From Haliotis rubra (lineage: Eukaryota): a stretch of DNA of 64,000 bases. The notes under the pieces were generated by a model. It did no database searches. It was not told where the DNA came from and was given only the letters and a program-made list of their open reading frames with translations. The DNA is taken from positions 1,922,001 to 1,986,000 of the forward strand of contig NW_025767501.1 in the NCBI RefSeq assembly GCF_003918875.1, written 5' to 3'. Made by a program: the position numbers and the translations under genes. Of the stretch, positions 56,801-64,000 are shown in pieces; within the stretch, counting starts at the first letter, position 1, and each line of letters starts with the position of its first letter.

Positions 56801-59800
56801 TGGATCTTGAGCCATCGGTCTTCTGAATGCGACGATACGGTTGAGAGTCGTGATAAATCGAACGCCTAGAAATTGCAGATCTTGCGATGGTACTAGGTCC
56901 GACTTGAGTACGTTTACTAACCATCCTAGCTGTGTTAGTAGCTTTATGATGTAGTTTAACTGTAGTTTGAGACGCTGTGGATCTTGATCTACTTGTATCC
57001 CGTCGTCGAGGTAGAACGCACTGCGTAGCCCTAGACGATGTAGATAGGTAACGATAGGTTTCGTTATTCTTGTGAATAGCCAGGGGGCGCCGATGATATT
57101 CCGAATGGGAGTACTTTCCATTGGTAATGAAGCCCGTCTAGTGTAAATCGTAGGTATTTCCTGGATTCGGGATGTATCGGGATGTGTAGATATGCGTCTT
57201 GCAGATCTATACTGGCCATGTAATCCATGGGACGAATCAACTGCCGTAACTGAGGTAGATGTATCATGCGAAACGTTGGCGGTTTGCGTAGATAATGTCT
57301 GTTGAATATGCTCATGTTGTAAATGAGTCTGTATTTCTCCTTGGAGTTTTTCTTGGGTACTAGGAAAACTGGGGAGTAGAAGCCTGATTTGACGTTTACT
57401 TGATCTAGTACTTCTATGGCCTGCTTGGTTAAGAGCGATGTAACAGCCTCTCTTAACTTTGGTAGTTGTTGTGCCTGGAAGTCGAACTTGTGAGGGTTGA
57501 CTGTCAGCGGAGGCGTGGCCTGTAGTGGGATACGATATCCGTGTTGAAGAATGTTGGAGACATAAGGGTCTTGTAACATTCCCCAGTTCTCCCAGTGCAG
57601 TTGAAGGCGTCCACCCACTTGTGACGGTTGTACTGGAACGGCTGGGGGTGGAAGACTCCAGTCGTTCCGAACCTGTCTTTCATCGTTTATAGTTGCGGGA
57701 ACCTCTGGGTGCCCTGCCTCTTCCTGATCCTCCTCTGTAGTTGCCATATGGGCGTACGAAAAGAATCTTTTCCCCTGGAGCTGGCCATCTTCCTATCCGT
57801 GCTCTCTGTAATCCAGTGAATTTAGATTTCCCTGAATATCTTTGTGAAGTCTGCCTGATGACGGCTGGCTAGCGTGTCCATCGACTTAATCATAAGGACT
57901 TCTCTAGAATCCTTAGTGACTTCCTTGGAGACTTTCTCTATTCCTCCGTCAAAGATGGATGGGGAGGACCACGGGGCTGTATAGAGTGGAGCTGTAACCT
58001 GCTCACCCCAGCTGCAGGAAGCGAGGAGGCCTTGACGACGAGCCAAGGTTAAGCTGCTGAGACTGATGTGAGATGATCCGTTAGGAACTGCTGGTCCTTC
58101 TTTTGCATCAGTAGGGCCGAGTAGATCATCCTATCATCTTCAGAAGTCGTGTCACGAAATCTGGTGATAAGAGTCTCATTGATCGTTCTAGATCTATTAA
58201 GGCCAAAGAACATGCGTCTCGTCATGGTTTCTATCTGCACCAGCTTGCGATCGTCAATCTTATAGTTCTTATTCTTGACATCGCTGATCATCTTGTAATT
58301 GTCATCGATGTCTTGTGCCTTGAGGAAGGGGTCCATATTATGAGTTGAAAACTTCTTAGCGTGAAAGTTCGGTAGGTGTGGCGTCTGAACTTTCGTGGCT
58401 TTATGGAAGGCTGTGTCCAGATTCTGTGGCACCGCAGCAATCGGGTCGATTGGAGGTAAGGTGACGGCGTCTGCATCGTCCTCCTTCATCAGGTAAGTAT
58501 GCGCCGAGTTACCACTCTTGGAAGGTGAAGAAAGGTCTAGGTTGTTTACCATCCAATATCGTATCTCAGCGTCTGAGAAAATGATGCCTCCATCATCTTC
58601 TACCCCAGGATCGCTGATGAGAGGTTGATGCTCTTCAGATGGTGGACTGTGTGCTTCTACCACTGTACCGGGTGACGTTAGGGGAGACCTGACTGTGGAC
58701 TTCTGTGAAGACTTGTGTGGTGACCTGCGAGGAGATCGACGTGGTGATGTACGAGGAGATCGGTGCGGTGAACGGCGAGGTGATCGGCATGGAGAATGGC
58801 GAGGGGATCGTCTTGGTGAACGTCCTGACGATCTGCGTCTATGGGTTGACCTTCACGGAGATCTGTGAGGTGAATGCTGATAGCTTCGCGAAGCTCTTGA
58901 GGAATCCCTCGATGTCCTTCTGGCCGAAGATGATTTGGAGCCTGATAAAGGTGCCGTTCACGAAGGCCATCGCGAAGCTTCCTCTGCGTCCGGTTCTGGG
59001 GAACGGCGACTTGACCTTCGCGAAGGCTTTCGTGAAGTCTGGTGGTCCGAGTCCGCATCTAAGGATGAAGCCGAGGTAGGTGATGATCTATCCCGCCTTC
59101 GCGAAGGCTGTACATCTGGGTCCTTCGTCGAGGTGGTCTGTGACTTCCTTCGCGAAGGTGGCTTCGTCGTGGCTGCTACGTTGACGGGGGGTCCCTCTGG
59201 GGTGTCGTCTACGTTGGAGCCTGGGCTGGTTGTCTCTCCAGTCTGTAGTGGTCCTCCATCATGATCATGATTTGCCGCATCAGTTCATCTGGGACGGTCT
59301 GCGACGATGTAGTCGGTGCCCTCTCTGCGATGCTAGCGGCGGGGCCCTCAGGGAGATCGTCCGACAGCAGTGTAGACACATCAGGCTGCATGGCGATCTC
59401 TGCTGACGTCACTGTAGCTGTCACCGGTCGTCTCTTGTGGCGTAGGTCGGGGATGATGATCGGTTGATCATCGTAGAGGCCCAGTTCAGCGGCTGGAACA
59501 ATCTCGGCTGAGAAGGTTCTTGCATCTTCGTAGACTTTCCCTTGGAGGTAGATGCTGCCCTGGGGGTACGGAGTCTGCGTTGAGTAGACGTCGAGGCCCT
59601 CTTAGACTTTGGCTGCGATGACGAGATGTCTGGGGAAGCAGGGCGCTTCTTGGAGGCGGACTGCATCCCATGCCCTCCTCGAGGAAACTCTAGCGGAACA
59701 CCAGGCGGGAGGGTCGACCAACAGCAGCTGACTGGCTAGGGGTTCCGATGTATCGGCCATGTCTAACCCTTGTTTGCGTGACCTATCTGCTGCACGTCTC

Positions 59801-62800
59801 AAGACGCAAAGATGATATTTATTAAAAGCAGAATTAGATAGATTAATACAGTAACTGCAACATGAATCAAACGCACAAGGCGTAGAACAGCTAGGGCATA
59901 TTACATGCGGGTCAGCAGCCGAAAAATGTAATCAACAAATAGTACAGATTTTCATCAACGTAAACTAGCTGAACAATCACGAACTCCCGTGAATAAACAG
60001 TAGAAATACGAGTAATTATCAATACATATTAATGAAGGATACTAGCTATACCTCTATAGTAACCTATAGGAGGTAACTAACTAAGAATAACCAAAGGATA
60101 TAGTGTGTAAGGAGACACAGGCGCTCTCACATCCTGCTCACTGGGCGAAGAAGGAGAGAGTGAAGCATGAGGCCAGAAGGTGGCGCCGCCTTTCACGCGC
60201 AAAGGCAAAGGGAGGCAACTCTTGGTGAGTACTAATTAGTGATTTTACATTGAAGGGAGCTTCAATTAAGGAGATACAAGTGTTCCACTATGTTCGCAAG
60301 AGGAAGAAGACAAGCAAAAGAGCATGAGTCAGGATAAGGAAAAATAAACATTTCTGGAATGGGGTGGTGACATTGCATAATTTCAAGATTATCTGTACAA
60401 GCACTTCCTTTGATGTGCAACCCCGGCACAAGTTGCCACAAGTCACAAGTACCTGTTGCTAACCATATGCAATGCCAACCAACCCTAATTTCTCTGCAAT
60501 TACATCCAGGAATTAAGGTTATGCAAGAGTACACATTTCTACAGTGGTTTCATAGGAGCAGAAGCATGGAAAGCATATTAAACTGCCTTGAAAGTGTTAT
60601 TGAAAAGGTTTTAGTTTCATTTACATTGAACAAAGTTGGTTCATTACTGCTCTATTTTTACTTGTTCTTCATGCTTGTAAGAAGGTTCCCAGTGTGTTCA
60701 ATTAGGGCATATGGAGTTTTTCCAAGAAAGATAACCATATGATTTCAAAGTGATAAATCAACACACAATATCCTACAACAAACTTTTTTGACAGGACCTC
60801 TAATGCTCCTGCTTTGAAATCCTATCAGCTTGTTAGAATGTTTTTTAGGATCAATGAATACTTTTTAACACATACACTTTCCTTTGGGATTCTGTTCACA
60901 TGAAAGTGTCTGATCATACAACTTGATTTGTTATGTATATTCCAATGAGACAATCAAAAACTGACTTTTATGGAAATGTTTCTTTTTGTTTTTGACAAGT
61001 ATCTTCCTCTTCATCAGTTCTGGAGATGGGAGGTGAACGCTGGGGTCCAGCTGAAACAACAACTTGACTTTTAAACTCCTTCACACCCATGAACATGTGG
61101 ATGACAAACCAAGGTTAATAATTTGAAGGAATCAAGAGCACAAGCTAAAATGGCTTTCAGTGCCAAATTCAGTTTAGATCAGTTCAATATACAGGTGAGA
61201 ACATTGAACACAGTGTGGTCCTCTTCTAACTAAGAGTCTATGGACCCTGTCAGCATGTGTTGACATCCAGGTGAGAGATGGCTGTTGGTGTACATACCAT
61301 CTATACTCATACTTACAGGTGTTTTATATACACAGCAATGATACTGAGGAATGTATCAGATTAAGTATCCCCAAGACTGGGTCAACCAAGATTTGTACAT
61401 CTTCTCAATTTAATGTGTGTTTTTATTACAGAAAATATAAGTATTAAAACTAAAACAGACAAGAAACATCCCCCCCCCACCCCTAAATCCTAAAAACATC
61501 ATCAGTTTAACAGATGAGCCTTCCTTCCTTCCTTCCTCCAGTCTGGTGGCACAGTGCTGACTACCCTGCCTGAGGTGGTGGATAAAGGGAAGTAATTCTC
61601 AGTTCACGGACATTTTTCATGACTACTTCTGGGATAGGAAAACATAACTTACAGGATATTCCTCCAAGATGTCAGTCAACAACATCTCTCCAAATATACT
61701 CCGACAGTAATGGGCCATCTTGGCTTGCTGGCGAGGACTGAAACAGAAACCATGAGTGTACAATACTCTCTAAATGGCAATATACAAACTTCAACAATTA
61801 CTTGTATTCTATTGATTTGCAACTTCATATCACTCCATGTCACTTCATGTTACATGATCCCTTCATGTAGTTTCTTACTACTTCATATTTTAATCTGTTT
61901 AACAACCCTCCTTTCCAATCTTCACTATTTCAATACATATCAGATATGAACACATTATCATGTGCTTTGGAGTTGTTTCATTATACACAGCACTTAAACT
62001 GCCGTGTGCATTATCAGTCTTTGCTCCTGTTGATTATTCTGGGGTGGAATGGAAGCTGTATAGATAAAAAAAGTTGTCAGAACTCACGTGCAATGGTTTT
62101 CGAAGGAGAGAATTACTGGATAGTCCGAGGTTTTGAAGGCACTCTCTGCGATAGCCTCTATCACATCCTGTTAACATCAAGCAATATTACTGACTGACTG
62201 ACTGAGTTTAGTTTTACGCCGCTTTTAGCAATATTCCAGCAATATCACAGCGGGGGACACCAGAAATGGGCTTAACACATTGTGCCCATGTTGGGAATCG
62301 AACCCGGGTCTTCGGCGTGATGAGCCAACGCTTTAACCACTAGGCTACCCCACCGCCCTCAAGCAATATGGGTCATGGTGCTGAATCTGCACACGCCAGA
62401 ACAACAGTTGCATTTCTTCAAGCACCTGAAATCTACCTTGGTCCACACAAACAAAGCAATGAGATTGGTGCTCATACACCCTGATACTATGGGCATGCTT
62501 GTCATGCGACTGGTTTTTACCAAGACTACTACTTATGTATATGTTTTAAACATAATATTTAATGTTGACAACTACTTGAACAAAATTCCTGTTTGTAATT
62601 TTTAAACAATTAAATCAGTTCTCACTTAGAAAAGTACTTTTGCACATGTGTAATGATCTCTTTGATTGGTGCTTAAATTTGATTATATGATTGTGACTGA
62701 CTCTTTGATTGGTGAAACTGAGAATGCTACTTTTACACATATGTAAGAAGTCATTTCATTGATGCTGCTTAATTTTACTTGTTTGTAACAAGCTCTTTGG

Positions 62801-63012
62801 TAAAACCTACAATACTACTTTTACACATTTGTTACAAGCCTGAATGGTGTTTACTTTGAATGGTACTTCTGTACACATGGTAAAGCCATGAGTGATAACT
62901 GGTTCTTCATCTTGTCCACGGCCATCCCAGCAGTCCAGTTCAATACATCGACACCCACTGAGCAGCACCTGGCGATAGATCTCCACCGAGGACTTACCAG
63001 TGAACTGGTGAC
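32859..63012 (-). CDS. PLCB: Phosphoinositide phospholipase C beta (PLCB1-3/Plc21C-like), 3' 22 coding exons; 5' part is right of the window. Exons: 62855-63012, 62088-62167, 61653-61737, 60966-61050, 52365-52708, 51536-51632, 51061-51145, 50599-50671, 50057-50108, 49430-49584, 49164-49328, 48758-48857, 48429-48533, 47796-47896, 39463-39664, 39038-39130, 38391-38506, 37837-38034, 36997-37268, 36277-36334, 33874-33960, 32859-33140
   Basis: X box ([47 protein letters not shown]), acidic X-Y linker, Y box ([49 protein letters not shown]), C2 domain (VISGQFL...[10 protein letters not shown]), coiled-coil C-terminal domain ending in the PDZ-type EMTVM*. All junctions are phase-consistent [13 protein letters not shown]...EMS favours the PLCB1-3 clade over PLCB4/norpA. 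Confidence 0.93.
33183..33851. repeat. ~28-bp degenerate minisatellite (CTGAACCACCGTGACCTCCCTCCACTAA) filling the last PLC intron
   Basis: Visible tandem units; they produce the Gly-rich spurious ORFs. Confidence 0.92.
35485..36070 (+). mobile_element. Helentron/HINE-like non-autonomous element remnant: ~172-bp internal tandem units plus a (GGAC)n microsatellite
   Basis: About three units containing CCAAGTTTGGTGAAGAAA..GTTTTAGAGTT..GCTCCGGAAA, then CGGACGGACGGACG; this layout is typical of molluscan Pearl/CvA-type elements. Confidence 0.6.
36960..36980 (+). mobile_element. Extremely 5'-truncated SINE tail (GCGGCGTAAAACTAAACTCAC)
   Basis: Matches the tail of the 62188-62358 SINE; flanked by the 13-bp direct repeat TCACAAATGATCT (36947-36959, 36981-36993). 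Confidence 0.7.
40147..42150. repeat. 33-35-bp minisatellite (AGGGTGTTGGGCAGTATTACAGATATATCCAGT), ~58 copies
   Basis: Visible tandem units. Confidence 0.97.
44869..44979. repeat. Long imperfect palindrome (~39-bp arms), possibly the end of a Crypton-like element
   Basis: GTTATCACATTGTGTCAAGGGAAATACGGGGTTTTATCA ... TGATAAAACCCCGTATTTCCCGAGACACGATGTGATAAC. Confidence 0.75.
46396..46483 (-). mobile_element. 88-bp Penelope-like terminal fragment carrying a variant hammerhead-like motif
   Basis: 12-bp direct repeat TGGTATTGGAGG (46384-46395, 46484-46495); minus strand TTGATAA-CGGT-GTTAGTTCCTAA-ACC-GAAAC-GTC...GATAAAGAAGTTG. Confidence 0.55.
46762..47085. repeat. 63-bp tandem repeat, about 5 copies
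   Basis: TGTAGGATGATGTGATGTCATCTTTTGTACACACCC(G/T)GTCAAGAGGTATTTCTCAAGCCTATC repeated. Confidence 0.95.
50405..50602. repeat. 38-bp tandem repeat x5 reiterating the PLC exon end and donor (…GCTACAG|GTATGAACC)
   Basis: Unit CATACCTGTAGCAAGGAGACTGTACAGGGTGTAAGGTT abuts and overlaps the real donor at 50598. Confidence 0.9.
50672..51060 (-). other. U12-type (minor spliceosome) GT-AG intron in the PLC-beta Y box
   Basis: 5' splice site GTATCCTTA; branch TTCTTTAAC about 9 nt before the AG; no polypyrimidine tract. Confidence 0.9.
54700..55760 (-). pseudogene. DIRS element 2 tyrosine recombinase; catalytic Tyr codon is a TAG stop
   Basis: [56 protein letters not shown]. Confidence 0.92.
55736..57700 (-). 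pseudogene. DIRS element 2 RT / RNase H / N6-adenine-methyltransferase-like domain, frameshifted
   Basis: [93 protein letters not shown]. Confidence 0.93.
57822..59955 (-). pseudogene. DIRS element 2 ORF1/gag (zinc-knuckle N-terminus, Arg/Ser-rich tract), with stops and frameshifts
   Basis: [22 protein letters not shown]...CSYC at 59955; RSPRRSS-type repeats; C-terminal [12 protein letters not shown]...APWSSPSIF parallels element 1. Confidence 0.75.
62188..62358 (-). mobile_element. Full-length tRNA-derived SINE
   Basis: A box GTAGCCTAGTGG, B box GGGTTCGATTCCC, (CAGT)n tail, 11-bp TSD TCAAGCAATAT (62177-62187, 62359-62369). Confidence 0.92.
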
Positions 63013-63067
63013 CTACAATCCAACAACACAAGGTATGTGAAATTATTGTGACAAATCCTATATGGCC

Positions 63068-63773
63068 TACCTGTGAGATACTGGTATTGTGACCACTCCT
63101 GTGAGATACAGGTATTGTGACCACTCCTGTGAGATACTGGTATTGTGACCACTCCTGTGAGATACAGGTATTGTGACCACTCCTGTGAGATACTGGTATT
63201 GTGACCACTCCTGTGAGATACTGGTATTGTGACCACTCCTGTGAGATACAGGTATTGTGACCACTCCTGTGAGATACTGGTATTGTGACCACTCCTGTGA
63301 GATACTGGTATTGTGACCACTCCTGTGAGATACAGGTATTGTGACCACTCCTGTGAGATACAGGTATTGTGACCACTCCTGTGAGATACTGGTATTGTGA
63401 CCACTCCTGTGAGATACTGGTATTGTGACCACTCCTGTGAGATACTGGTATTGTGACCACTCCTGTGAGATACTGGTATTGTGACCACTCCTGTGAGATA
63501 CTGGTATTGTGACCACTCCTGTGAGATACTGGTATTGTGACCACTCCTGTGAGATACTGGTATTGTGACCACTCCTGTGAGATACTGGTATTGTGACCAC
63601 TCCTGTGAGATGCTGGTATTGTGACCACTTATGTGTGACCTACCTGTGAGACACTGGTATTGAGACATAGAGATTACTAAACGAGTGTCTAGTTGTTCCA
63701 AACGTATTTAACGAGCAAAAGCTTATGTGTGACCTACCTGTGAGATACTGGTATTGAGACATAGAGATTACTA
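63068..63773. repeat. 28-bp minisatellite (~20 copies; minus unit AGGAGTGGTCACAATACCAGTATCTCAC) plus two longer flanking units
   Basis: Visible tandem units just upstream of the PLC X-box exon. Confidence 0.95.
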
Positions 63774-64000
63774 AGAGAATGTCTGTCACGAGTACAGTAA
63801 TCTGTTTCTTACACACCATAAAATCGCAGCATTTTATGGTCGAATAGATTCAAATTTCATATTTTCTCATCGTAGCTGCGCAATGATACACAACACAATG
63901 TTTATGAATGAGTGACGTCACTTGGCTGCCTAATCACTACTCATCCCCATAGTGACCCTCCACAAAAAGGTTTCTTCCACCTCTTCACATCATCAAGGCA

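Larger units (their letters stand above)
53920..60345 (-). mobile_element. DIRS-type tyrosine-recombinase retrotransposon (element 2), full length, in a PLC-beta intron
   Basis: Near-identical ITRs at 53953-54140 and 60152-60338; ICR at 54215-54299; gag, RT, RNase H, methyltransferase and YR all recognisable. Confidence 0.96.
53250..60420 (+). pseudogene. pogo/Tigger-like DDE transposase relic interrupted by DIRS element 2 (pieces at 53250-53919 and 60346-60420)
   Basis: Left piece: YKTYSPTAL...KTLRDRLKG (psq HTH), [18 protein letters not shown] (CENP-B HTH), RWPELKV, KYFDDL, NVDEKG, TTILGC. Right piece: [15 protein letters not shown]. Confidence 0.7.

Noticed and set aside
58705-59264. Plus-strand hydrophobic ORFs in DIRS element 2
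   Set aside because: Antisense shadows of the Arg/Ser-rich gag repeats.
62280-62358. Functional tRNA gene
   Set aside because: The tRNA-like head continues into a SINE body and tail with a TSD, and related copies occur elsewhere in the window.
62807-63701. 273/235/177-aa ORFs as a repeat-containing PLC N-terminus
   Set aside because: The 28-bp unit cycles through all frames; the real exon starts at the acceptor at 63012.

Overview
Eukaryotic (animal) genomic DNA, probably a mollusc; the SINE and HINE-type repeats resemble gastropod/abalone ones, but that is inference. Two intron-rich host genes lie on the minus strand. The first is the 5' five coding exons of protein phosphatase 1 catalytic subunit beta (ATG at 16737, running off the left edge). 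The second is the 3' 22 coding exons of a phospholipase C-beta of the PLCB1-3/Plc21C type (entering from the right edge, stop at 32859), including a U12 minor-spliceosome intron. Each gene carries a full-length but decayed DIRS-type tyrosine-recombinase retrotransposon in an intron (4026-10929 and 53920-60345). Both elements keep inverted terminal repeats and an internal complementary region that spells out the circle junction; the second is nested in a pogo-like transposase relic. Also present: a broken Tc1 (DD34E) transposase, tRNA-derived SINEs with target-site duplications, MITEs, two Penelope-type hammerhead-like end motifs, a 229-N gap and several minisatellites. I found no clearly new biological system. 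The least explained pattern is that three separate intronic tandem arrays in the PLC gene look like amplified copies of exon 3' end plus splice donor, one of them matching the catalytic-His motif (HNTYLTG).
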